From the IMG/VR virus record IMGVR_UViG_3300021387_000452: a stretch of 64,000 nt of DNA; one strand, written 5' to 3'. This stretch comes from a virus (lineage: Duplodnaviria; Caudoviricetes). Shown piece after piece: positions 32,820 through 41,864 of this stretch (the stretch's first letter is position 1; each line of letters begins with the position of its first letter). Position numbers and translations under genes: made by a program. Under the pieces are notes generated by a model. The model was not told the DNA's origin. It ran no database searches and was given only the letters and a program-made list of their open reading frames with translations.

Positions 32820-33941
32820 CTATTCAGTATCATCTACATCATCTATATCACAAGAAGATCCAGCAGTAAGCTCAGCCTCAGAATCAACAACTTCATCTTC
32901 TTCATTTGGAATAAGAGCAATCCCGCCAAGTGAATCAGCAAGTTCAACAAAGTACTCTAGATGGTCCTTTAAAAATGTCTCTAATTCATCTTTAGGCACT
33001 AGAACTGTTTCACCCTGATATTTAACATTCCAACCTTTACGAAGCACTCTCTCGATGATTCCATGATATTCTAGCACAGACCTAACTGCGCCAGCATTAG
33101 AGATCCCCTTGCCAAAATGAATTGTGATTACTTTCTTTAGTAATGGACGAGCATATCGATTTTTATCTGTCCAAATTGCAAGATCACATCCATACGGAAC
33201 TGGCTTATCATAACCCGGCAAAGTCTGTTCAAGCATCATTACTTTCTTAAGCATCACTCGAACATCCATGTAATAACCTAAAGCTTGACCACCAGCTTGA
33301 GTAAGTTTAGTAACCTGACCATAGCCCATTGCAATCTTTGTTCTTAGCTGGTTTACAAAGATCACTGTCTTATCAGTGTTCTTAAAACGAGCTTTGAATT
33401 TCTGCATGAAGTTTGACTGAATACGAGCTGCGACGCCAGGCTCATTCATTTCATCTACGTTCTTTTCTGTTAAACGACCTGGAACTGTTGCAGTGATACT
33501 ATCATAAATAATAAGCGCTACATCTTTATCATCTAGTACTTTGCAAAGGAAATCATCAACTTCGCCATACGTCTGAAGACGTACTGGGATGAACAGCATT
33601 TCATCTACATACTGTCTCATACCAAAGCAATCGATCTGCTGACCATTAAGACCCTGCTCAGTGTCAATATAAATAACTCGTTTTCCCTGTGAGCAATACT
33701 TCTTTGAAATATGCAAACACATTGTAGATTTACCACAGCCAGACTCAGATGCAATCTCAATAAATGTTCCAGCAGGAATGCCTCTACCATTTGAAATAAC
33801 AGCGTCTAAGATGATTGAGCCAGATGGAGAAAATTGCTCTTCTTTACAAGTGAGATCCATCATTTCTGAATATAGCTTCGAAAAATCTGTCTTTTTCTTT
33901 TCTTTATCAGCTGCTGCTTTAGCCATAACGTTACGCTCCAA
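32820..33941 (-). CDS. recA: RecA/UvsX recombinase
   Basis: PSGSIILD, GIPAGTFIEIASESGCGKST (Walker A), YIDTEQ, IIYDSI, IFVNQLR, AGGQALGYY, KNR. Confidence 0.93.
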   Translation of the reverse strand: MERNVMAKAAADKEKKKTDFSKLYSEMMDLTCKEEQFSPSGSIILDAVISNGRGIPAGTFIEIASESGCGKSTMCLHISKKYCSQGKRVIYIDTEQGLNGQQIDCFGMRQYVDEMLFIPVRLQTYGEVDDFLCKVLDDKDVALIIYDSITATVPGRLTEKNVDEMNEPGVAARIQSNFMQKFKARFKNTDKTVIFVNQLRTKIAMGYGQVTKLTQAGGQALGYYMDVRVMLKKVMMLEQTLPGYDKPVPYGCDLAIWTDKNRYARPLLKKVITIHFGKGISNAGAVRSVLEYHGIIERVLRKGWNVKYQGETVLVPKDELETFLKDHLEYFVELADSLGGIALIPNEEDEVVDSEAELTAGSSCDIDDVDDTE

Positions 33942-33998
33942 AATTATACAAAGTGACCGCTAAATTGCATAAACTCATATAGATATTATACAAATTAG

Positions 33999-35552
33999 CT
34001 AATGACTGTTTAACCCAAAAATATCATCATCAAAGTCAGATACAATATTAGTTCCAGCTGGCTTCTGAGCAATATCACACGATGATAATGAATCAATCAA
34101 ATCTGCTGATAACTCAGATTCGTCTACTGAAGCATCGCCTCCAAATTTATACGTAGAAGGTTCTATGTCAACTGGTATTGGTGCAATTGGTGAGCAGTAT
34201 CTGCACTTAATAACCTGCACATATGCTTGATGAGATTCAATAAGCACTTTATCAACAAATACTGTCATTACAACAGATGAGAATCTTTCAAGCTCATTGG
34301 CATCAGATAATGCAGTTGTACTATAACCCTCAACTTGAGTTGTCAATTGATTATTCTTACCACCGGGACGAGTAACTGTAGACAGCTTCTTAAATGACGC
34401 TGCAGCTGCTTTAAATCCAGTTCTATTTGTCTGTGCTAATAATACTGTAGACACTTGGCGCTTCTTACCATCTTTCTTTCTAAAGTCAACTGTCAATTCT
34501 CCAAAGAATGACACATATTTATTAATGATTGGCCCTGTGTTACTACCATTATATAGCGGACTTCTTAATGCAAGCTCTCCAACGTGATCAACAAATATAG
34601 CATCTAATGGTTTTTCGTCATCCAATTGGTATAGAACATCAATAAACTCACTTTCTGAATAAGTCTTAAATCTTGAACGATCTACAATGTGCAAGTTCGG
34701 AACGATTGATTTCTGATACTCTGGCTCTAAAACGTCGCATAAAAAGTTTAACTCATCTTCATAAAGCTCATTCTTTCTAATCTTTTGATGATCTAATGGG
34801 TGATATCCCATTCTAGTGAATCTCTGATCATTTGAAAACAAGCTCAATATGGAATACTCCAACTGATCTTCGGCAACTTCTAATGAGATATAAGCAATAT
34901 TCTTTCCCTCAAGAGCATTCTTCACTGCCATATTGACAGCCCACGTAGTTTTGAAACTTCCAGTGTGACCTGCTAATGTGCACATTGCACCTTTTGGTAT
35001 TGACCCAATAGCATCATCAATCTGTTCTACATATGTTTTAAGACCAGCATTATTCTTCATACTACGCATGTAGCGTTCACGAAAAGACAACTGCTCTTCT
35101 ACTATATCATTATCAAAGCTTGCTTGCTTTCGAACAGCCTCAGCCATCTCTGGCGTAATACCACCAACAGCAGCATCTGAAGCCATCTTATATAACACTT
35201 TAGATTTATAGATGTTTAAGTGCTTTGTTACAAACTGCTTTCTATAATATCTAAAGTCAGCTATTGAGAACGGCTCATAATCATTTAGCTGATCACGGTA
35301 TTGAGGAAACTTTGATAGAAATACTTCTTGAGTAGGAAATTGCTTGTTACTGTTATACTCTCTTGTTAAATAGTTAAATACATCTTTCTCATCTGATGAG
35401 AGAATATTTTTATTATCATCTGATAAGATGATTTGAAGCTCATTATAAAACTCAGTGTCTGAAACCCCAAGCAAAGATTTGACTATCTGAATCATCTGTG
35501 TATCTCTACTTATAATAGTGAAATTAAAAAGTCCTAGACAAATATACATCAT
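33999..35552 (-). CDS. replicative DNA helicase, DnaB/SF4 family
   Basis: LAGHTGSFKT Walker A, YISLE, IFVDHV, LLAQTNR, ELERFSSVV, KCRY; likely start MIQIVK. Confidence 0.9.
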   Translation of the reverse strand: MMYICLGLFNFTIISRDTQMIQIVKSLLGVSDTEFYNELQIILSDDNKNILSSDEKDVFNYLTREYNSNKQFPTQEVFLSKFPQYRDQLNDYEPFSIADFRYYRKQFVTKHLNIYKSKVLYKMASDAAVGGITPEMAEAVRKQASFDNDIVEEQLSFRERYMRSMKNNAGLKTYVEQIDDAIGSIPKGAMCTLAGHTGSFKTTWAVNMAVKNALEGKNIAYISLEVAEDQLEYSILSLFSNDQRFTRMGYHPLDHQKIRKNELYEDELNFLCDVLEPEYQKSIVPNLHIVDRSRFKTYSESEFIDVLYQLDDEKPLDAIFVDHVGELALRSPLYNGSNTGPIINKYVSFFGELTVDFRKKDGKKRQVSTVLLAQTNRTGFKAAAASFKKLSTVTRPGGKNNQLTTQVEGYSTTALSDANELERFSSVVMTVFVDKVLIESHQAYVQVIKCRYCSPIAPIPVDIEPSTYKFGGDASVDESELSADLIDSLSSCDIAQKPAGTNIVSDFDDDIFGLNSH

Positions 35553-35563
35553 CTAGGACTTTT
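35527..35563 (-). terminator. hairpin (terminator) with TGTATATT promoter-like motif in its loop
   Basis: AAAAGTCCTAGA/TCTAGGACTTTT 12-bp stem, loop CAAATATACATCA. Confidence 0.65.
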
Positions 35564-35581
35564 ATATTAAGAATAGTTTAC

Positions 35582-35896
35582 TTATCTAGCTACTGAATCA
35601 ACCATACGCTCATTTTTACTAAACAATGAACTAAGTCTATCAGCGTATGAGCTAATCTGACTTGAAGTTGATTTTAGTGTACGAAAATGTTCTCTCGACA
35701 TTGGAACAAGCTTTGTAATGTTGCCATCTTCATCATTTTCTTCTACTGAAAGAAAGCTAGATAAATGATCAGCGAATTCGATGTAATTCTTAATTGTAGT
35801 AATTAAGCTTTCACATTCATTAAGGAATCCACAATAATCTGAATTTGAAACTACCATTGTACATTCTCCTATGTAGTTAGCATCTACGTTATACAC
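35582..35896 (-). CDS. hypothetical protein
   Basis: 104-aa ORF co-oriented with the operon. Confidence 0.6.
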   Translation of the reverse strand: MYNVDANYIGECTMVVSNSDYCGFLNECESLITTIKNYIEFADHLSSFLSVEENDEDGNITKLVPMSREHFRTLKSTSSQISSYADRLSSLFSKNERMVDSVAR

Positions 35897-35933
35897 ACTA
35901 TGTATATACCATAAGACGCTACCTGTTAACTAA

Positions 35934-36275
35934 TTATACACAACCACAGCCACCAACTGAGGTTGTAGTAATTGTGCTTGTTGCAGCATTTGATTCTAAA
36001 TAATTATCAAACGAAATAAATTCTTGATCAGCGTACTTTGACAAATGAAGAGTACCATCTTCATCTGCAGCAGATAAAGCAATAAATAAACCCCATTTAC
36101 CGCATGGTGTCTGAAGCAATATTATATCGCCTTTTTCAATATCAACGACATCTGATTCTTTTGGTAATTTGTATATTTTGCTATATTTTGCTTTATTATC
36201 TAGCAAAACATGATTGGAATAATCCCTAGTAAAATCTAATGACATTTTATACTCCAATTGAATATTTTTATACAC
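35934..36275 (-). CDS. hypothetical protein
   Basis: ORF with GGAG RBS before MSLDFT; ends GCGCV. Confidence 0.6.
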   Translation of the reverse strand: MYKNIQLEYKMSLDFTRDYSNHVLLDNKAKYSKIYKLPKESDVVDIEKGDIILLQTPCGKWGLFIALSAADEDGTLHLSKYADQEFISFDNYLESNAATSTITTTSVGGCGCV

Positions 36276-36985
36276 AGCATTTTAATGCTAAATAATAAGA
36301 TTGTCAACAGCTCATACAATGAATATTTATATGATATTGGAGTAAGATAATCATCATTCTTTCTGTATACAAGCGGTCTATCTGAGTCATATCTAACATC
36401 TGACGTCTGAAGCTCTTCAGCTAGATATTCTTCAGAAAATCTTGACTGCACTTTAGCTGAATTTCTATCTCGCACATAGCATTGGCATGTAGAATTACTT
36501 AAGCCAAATGAAATTTTCATGCATGGATAAATAATCAATTTATCTTCAAGACCAATCTTAAATAGCAAAGAAATTAAGTCTTTGGCAAATGGAGCATCAT
36601 CAAAGTAATCTAAAAAAGTGATCTTCTTATCTTTAGAAAGCGCAATCAGAATCTCAACAAGAAGTCTATCTTGGTCAGATAAGTCTGAAAAATGAAGCCA
36701 TAGCAAATGATTCTTACCAAAGAAGTTCAAGTACTCAGAAAATTTGTCAACATTAAATCTCTTCTTAATGTATCGAAATATGTTTTCTTTAATGTTGTAG
36801 TCTCTACTAATATAAGCTACTATATCTTCTGATTTCACTAACGATTCATTATCTACTGTGTACTTAGTATGCTTTATCTTATAAGCAAAGCGGGCTACAT
36901 AATCAGAATTTGATGAGAACACTGACATAACATTTCTTGTAATTAGTCTAACATTATAATCAGTGTCTACCAAATCTGCGATCAT
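36236..36985 (-). CDS. degenerate (inactive) ABC-ATPase-fold protein
   Basis: EYLNFFGKNHLLWLHFSDLSDQDRLLVEILIALSKDKKITFLDYFDD aligns by eye with the ABC helical domain/signature/Walker B region; no Walker A. Confidence 0.55.
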   Translation of the reverse strand: MIADLVDTDYNVRLITRNVMSVFSSNSDYVARFAYKIKHTKYTVDNESLVKSEDIVAYISRDYNIKENIFRYIKKRFNVDKFSEYLNFFGKNHLLWLHFSDLSDQDRLLVEILIALSKDKKITFLDYFDDAPFAKDLISLLFKIGLEDKLIIYPCMKISFGLSNSTCQCYVRDRNSAKVQSRFSEEYLAEELQTSDVRYDSDRPLVYRKNDDYLTPISYKYSLYELLTILLFSIKMLCIKIFNWSIKCH

Positions 36986-36990
36986 ATAAC

Positions 36991-37998
36991 CTAACCTTCA
37001 CTATCGTCAGTTAAAGCATTCTTCAATTCAATAAGAGTTGGAACATAGTTTCGCTTAAAGTGATGCTTTAAAAAGCTCTGAAAATCATTCCACATTAAAG
37101 TACCACCAGAAAGTTTATATTCATCATATAGTGCTTTCTTCTCTTGCTTTTGTCTTTTAACTGTGTCAGATATTTTCTTTCTATGTTCTAAATCTGACAT
37201 AACTCTCTTAGCAGAATCTGACATCTTTGATTTAGTTTCATCTGTAGTGATACGCTTACGTCTAGCAATACTAAGCTTCTTCCTATGTTCATCGGAAAAT
37301 TTTCTACCTGAATTAGCTTTGCTAATCTTCTTCCTAGTATCTTCAGATGTTTTATGACCTAATAACTTTTCAACTCGCTTAGCTATAGTTTCTGCTGATT
37401 GCTTTCTGCCAGTACATCGTTCACTTTGCTGTCTACGATGCTCTTCGATTGACCAGTAAGCATTAGATTTATCTCTTATTCTCTGTAAAGTTTCTTCATC
37501 ATAGTGTTTACCATAGAATGGATGTGCAGCGCCTACACACTTACCCTTTCTACTTATACTTATACGTTTTCGCGTCTCTTCAGTTGGTGACAGTCCTTTA
37601 TTCCATGGAATGTCTCCTTTCTTAAACTCACGCCCGCGTCTAGCGTCTTTTCTTGAAAGTCTAATTCTTTGAGAATTACCTATCTTTTTTCTAGTCTCTT
37701 CTGATACTGTGTGTATAGCTGAATGCTCTTCTGGAGTTACAAAGATGATATACTTACCATATTCAAAATGCTCATTCCCATCTTCATTAATTTCAAATCC
37801 CCAGAGTTCATAGTGTTCGTCATTATATTTTCTTTGTTCTTCAGTATCACGAAGATGATGGCGAACCGTAGCATTAGGATCAGGATTATACTTTAATGAT
37901 TTCTGAATTTCTCTAGAAGCAATGTCATATTTATGATTTACAGAAAGCCAATCTTCTTGGCAAGCATTGCGCCACTCTTTAATGTTCATAAGCTTCAT
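36991..37998 (-). mobile_element. free-standing HNH homing endonuclease with NUMOD3 repeats
   Basis: N-terminal VRHH...FVTPEEHSAIH HNH-like core; many NUMOD3-like motifs (HPFYGKHYDEET, GRKFSDEHRKKLS, SEETRKKI, PWNKG). Confidence 0.8.
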
Positions 37999-38054
37999 CT
38001 CCTATCTTGTTATTAACTATATAAACTAGATATAGAAGATGAAGTATACATAAC

Positions 38055-38498
38055 TTAACCTTCATTACTAGGAGATTCTGAGTCTGTCAGGGCTTCTTTC
38101 AACTGCTGTAATGTCGACGATGACATGCCGCGAAGCAAATTATAAATTTCATCCACACGAGCTGTGTTGTCAGTATCAATAGCCTGCTTTGATATCTGAC
38201 TACAAATAGTCATAATTTCAGCCTGAGCTTTCTTTGCCTCTTTGTATCTAGCATTGAGCTCTTTAACATCAAGCTTCTGAACATCTACATTATATAGTCT
38301 ATCTTCTGCTTCAGAAATAAACTTATTCAATGTGTTTAATCTAGTCAAAGATGCTGCTGAGAAATAACTTAGATACGCAGCCAACTTTCGCGCTAACAAA
38401 GTCAAGTTATTACTTAACTCAACTGGTATATCAGCAACTACTGCAGCATCAATAATATCTCTTGCCTTATCATCTCTCTTTTTAAGTTCATTCTTCAT
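38055..38498 (-). CDS. hypothetical helical protein
   Basis: 147-aa ORF overlapping the upstream stop (ATGA), implying translational coupling. Confidence 0.65.
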   Translation of the reverse strand: MKNELKKRDDKARDIIDAAVVADIPVELSNNLTLLARKLAAYLSYFSAASLTRLNTLNKFISEAEDRLYNVDVQKLDVKELNARYKEAKKAQAEIMTICSQISKQAIDTDNTARVDEIYNLLRGMSSSTLQQLKEALTDSESPSNEG

Positions 38499-39376
38499 GG
38501 CTTTAACACATCTTTTGATTTAAGAATTCGATCTATAACAGCTGGAGTTTTATCATATTTATTAGATAAATCTTCTACACTAAGGCCATCATCATGATCT
38601 TCTAAAATAGATAAGTCAGTCAAAAGATTTTTAATGTAACTAGTCGATGGGATATTGAACTTGTCTTCCTGAAAGACATCCAAAAATGGAAGGAATTTAT
38701 CTCCAAGCAACTGATATAGTGTATTAAAATAATTCTGCCCCAAAGAAGCATCTAAACACTTTGCTAAATTCTCTATTTGATCTTCTGTATAATCATCGTA
38801 AATTGAAATCAAATCACATGGAGTCTTCATATTCTTAACCTCTGAATAAGCTTCCCAGTCTTTTACATCATCAAGCATCCCGTCTTGCTTACTATGAGAA
38901 CCGTTACTCTTAAATAGATCCCAAGTACGTCGTGAAATATCTCTAAATGAGTCTATCGAATCAATAGTAAGATCATGCATGTCAATGAGATCTGACTTAA
39001 TCTCAAATGACTTTGGATATACTACGCATCTGTCAAGAACTTCATCTTCTGTACTTACAAGACGATTAGATCTAAATACAAAGTTTGAAACAGAATTTCG
39101 AATTCTAGTAAATAAAATGTTCCTAAGATTATTAGTCTCTGCATCTGAATTACTAGCTGCAACTTTCTTAAAGAAAGCTACACAGTCTGTTGTAGCCAGT
39201 GAGCATAAATCTTCTTTATTAAAGTGCTCTAAATACTTATAGAAGTACTTTGTAATAACTACGCTTGCTAATGTAGAAATATAATCCCAGCACTGCTGAT
39301 TAGGTACTCCATCTGTTAAAAAATCACATATACGTGGTATTGGAGCGCTATTCGTATCTGATTTCCGTCTAGCCAT
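38495..39376 (-). CDS. putative phage transcription factor: sigma region-2-like N-terminus plus Mor-family HTH C-terminus
   Basis: KEDLCSLATTDCV...NLRNILFTRIRNSVSNF resembles sigma region 2; LYQLLGDKFLPFLDVF..KFNIP...GLSVEDLSNKYDKTPAVIDRIL resembles Mor activators. Confidence 0.55.
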   Translation of the reverse strand: MARRKSDTNSAPIPRICDFLTDGVPNQQCWDYISTLASVVITKYFYKYLEHFNKEDLCSLATTDCVAFFKKVAASNSDAETNNLRNILFTRIRNSVSNFVFRSNRLVSTEDEVLDRCVVYPKSFEIKSDLIDMHDLTIDSIDSFRDISRRTWDLFKSNGSHSKQDGMLDDVKDWEAYSEVKNMKTPCDLISIYDDYTEDQIENLAKCLDASLGQNYFNTLYQLLGDKFLPFLDVFQEDKFNIPSTSYIKNLLTDLSILEDHDDGLSVEDLSNKYDKTPAVIDRILKSKDVLKP

Positions 39377-39433
39377 TATATAAATCTCCTAAAGTTTAAT
39401 GTCTAAAGTCTATACTTTTAATATACACTGCGA

Positions 39434-40111
39434 CTAGAGATTCATTAATGAAAACTTAATAAACGATACACAGCAGTCGTATGTAAGTGTATCATTCTTA
39501 AACAGAAATTCAAGAACATCGCCATAGTCTTTTAACTGAGTACCGCATAAATCTGACGGTGGCTTGAGACGCTTAATATGAAAGTCTTTGTCTGACCCAG
39601 AATGTTTCATGCATATTCTATGAAACCCTTCATTTCCAGCTGTATCATTATCAAATGCGCAATAAACAGTACTGCTTGTACCTTTTAAGAAATTCATGCA
39701 ATCAACTGATACTGATACGCCATTTGTAGCTATAACAAATGGATAGAAATTCCTTAAAAAGTCTGAGTCTAAGGCTGATTCTACAATTACCCATGGCTTA
39801 TAGAATGGCTTAGAATTTACTCCAGCTCCGTATGGTATGTACTTGCACTCACTGTGATAACGAAACTGCTTGCTTGTAATTGCTCTTACTACAAGACCAA
39901 TGACTTCTCCATTAAGAATATTTGGCATAACTATGCACTTACCATTATCAGATACAAATGATCTGAAATAAGCATCAAACTTATCATAACGATAAACGTC
40001 ATAGCCTGTTATTAGTCTATATGGATTGTTAAAAGCAAGTGAGTATGAAGCATACTTGTTATATGGCTTATCTATCTGCGGCAATGAATAAAAATACTCA
40101 GTGAGATTCAT
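39434..40111 (-). CDS. DNA primase (TOPRIM catalytic domain only)
   Basis: IVMPNILNGEVIGLVVR, VIVESALDS, VYCAFDNDTAGNEG, KDYGD. Confidence 0.85.
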   Translation of the reverse strand: MNLTEYFYSLPQIDKPYNKYASYSLAFNNPYRLITGYDVYRYDKFDAYFRSFVSDNGKCIVMPNILNGEVIGLVVRAITSKQFRYHSECKYIPYGAGVNSKPFYKPWVIVESALDSDFLRNFYPFVIATNGVSVSVDCMNFLKGTSSTVYCAFDNDTAGNEGFHRICMKHSGSDKDFHIKRLKPPSDLCGTQLKDYGDVLEFLFKNDTLTYDCCVSFIKFSLMNL

Positions 40112-40113
40112 TA

Positions 40114-40758
40114 CTAATCACCTGCATAGTCAGAAGAATCTTTCAATGTAAATCTACCATGCTCTGCAAAATATGTTCTATCACTGTACTCCATAAACTT
40201 TGGATCGTGAGTAATAAGAACTATTGACAGACCTGTGTCATCACATAGCCCATGAAGAAATTCCATAAACTTTGGAATGTATGTTTTAGACAGCTGAGAA
40301 AACTGCTCATCTAAGAACATGTAGTTCGACACATTTGGTAAATTAATAATGTAGAATATCTGAATGATAGATGCTATAACAACAAGGATACCACCAGCAA
40401 TGTTTGAATCTTTAACAGGAATCAAATTTCCATCATCATCTAGAAGTAATTCAACGCATTTAACGTTTCGTTTCTCAACGACTCTAATTTTGATAGAATA
40501 ATTTCTGTCAAAGAATATCTGCTTCAAACCTACTGTTAAAAGGCTTTCTAGCTTCTTCAGAAGTGAATCTGAAAACTTATTGATTAAATCATCAATAATA
40601 GGTTTGCACATCTTTAGCACACTTTGTTCATATTGTAAATCATCTATCTTAAAAGATAATTCATCAATTGACTTCTGCGTACTATCAATAGATGATTGAA
40701 TCCCACGGTACTTAATTAGTAAATTAGTAATATCACTTTCAAATTCTGCATCAATCAT
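40114..40758 (-). CDS. SbcC/Rad50 ATPase, C-terminal half
   Basis: Short coiled coil, signature NIAGGILVV, Walker B MFLDEQFSQL, H-loop LITHD; no Walker A. Confidence 0.85.
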   Translation of the reverse strand: MIDAEFESDITNLLIKYRGIQSSIDSTQKSIDELSFKIDDLQYEQSVLKMCKPIIDDLINKFSDSLLKKLESLLTVGLKQIFFDRNYSIKIRVVEKRNVKCVELLLDDDGNLIPVKDSNIAGGILVVIASIIQIFYIINLPNVSNYMFLDEQFSQLSKTYIPKFMEFLHGLCDDTGLSIVLITHDPKFMEYSDRTYFAEHGRFTLKDSSDYAGD

Positions 40759-40766
40759 ATTAGCTT

Positions 40767-40919
40767 CTATTCACTGTAGACAAAGGCTGTTCTTGCATCA
40801 ACATTAACAACTGCTTTAGCATATGTCATATCAATGACTCGCAAACCAGCTGAATAGCTAACTACAAAGTCTCCATAAAATGGATCGTCTACTAATTGAG
40901 AATAACTAATAACGAACAT
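40767..40919 (-). CDS. small hypothetical protein (50 aa, absent from ORF track)
   Basis: GGAGG RBS, ATG at 40919, MFVISYSQLVDDPFYGDFVVSYSAGLRVIDMTYAKAVVNVDARTAFVYSE, TAG at 40767. Confidence 0.7.
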   Translation of the reverse strand: MFVISYSQLVDDPFYGDFVVSYSAGLRVIDMTYAKAVVNVDARTAFVYSE

Positions 40920-41318
40920 ACTACCTCCAGTCTTGTAAAGAAAAGAAATCTTCTATTCTTATTTACATCAACTAGCGGTGAAAGTTAATTTCAGCTCATA
41001 GTTGTGCTGAGAATCATCTCAGATTCACATTATAAGCAGATCATATATTTATATGAATTCTGCTATAATCACTCTAGAGTGTGATTTCAAACTACAACGG
41101 TGACCAAATAGCGCGGGACTCTCAGCAAAGATTTTCTCTTTGGTTGAAAGAGGCATGAATCATGTGCTAGCACATGATGAATAATGAACGAAATTTCTTT
41201 AGATTGAACTGGATGACTTTTAGTCATCTTCTATTCTATTATAGAATATTTATTTTATTTATTTATATTATTAATAAAATAAACATTATTTGTTCTTTTT
41301 TGAAGAAGAAGATTAGGA

Positions 41319-41355
41319 AGGAGATTAGGATTAAGATTAGAATTGAGATTAGAGT
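41319..41355 (+). repeat. 37-bp direct repeat, copy 1 (GATTAG-like hexamer iterons)
   Basis: AGGAGATTAGGATTAAGATTAGAATTGAGATTAGAGT identical at 41828-41864. Confidence 0.95.
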
Positions 41356-41827
41356 AGAAATTTGATTCGATCATCGACAGATGATCGATAGTTCAAATTC
41401 ATAAGTTCAATATAATTATTGAACTTTCATCAATTCAATCATTCTAGAATCAGTCACTCTTTCATCCGAAAGAGTTTTTCTAATAGAAGTTCTTCAGAAA
41501 TTTCGATGTTCATCTTCAGCTGAACAAGTTGTTTTTGATCATTTACAAATGCTATGAACATGCCACTCATAATTGCTTCCCAGCAAAGTAGGCCACCCTC
41601 TCCTTTCGACGCGGCATGATAACCGGATTGGCGAGTATGTGCCATGAGTGCGTTCTGATTATAGATCATGAAGAGATATAGATAGTAGTAAGTCAGATCT
41701 GTTGGATTATAGCAATCATATAGTAGAGCAGATTAAGAATGCGCGATTCAGCTCTGTGATTTTAATCAGTATGATCAGTGAATTAGACAGATTGAGATTT
41801 TGGAGTTTTTGGAGGAGGAGATTGGGG

Positions 41828-41864
41828 AGGAGATTAGGATTAAGATTAGAATTGAGATTAGAGT
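41828..41864 (+). repeat. 37-bp direct repeat, copy 2
   Basis: Identical to 41319-41355, 509 bp downstream. Confidence 0.95.

Noticed and set aside
38055-38498. Terminase small subunit
   Set aside because: Size and helical character fit, but there is no diagnostic motif and it lies 20 kb from the large subunit.
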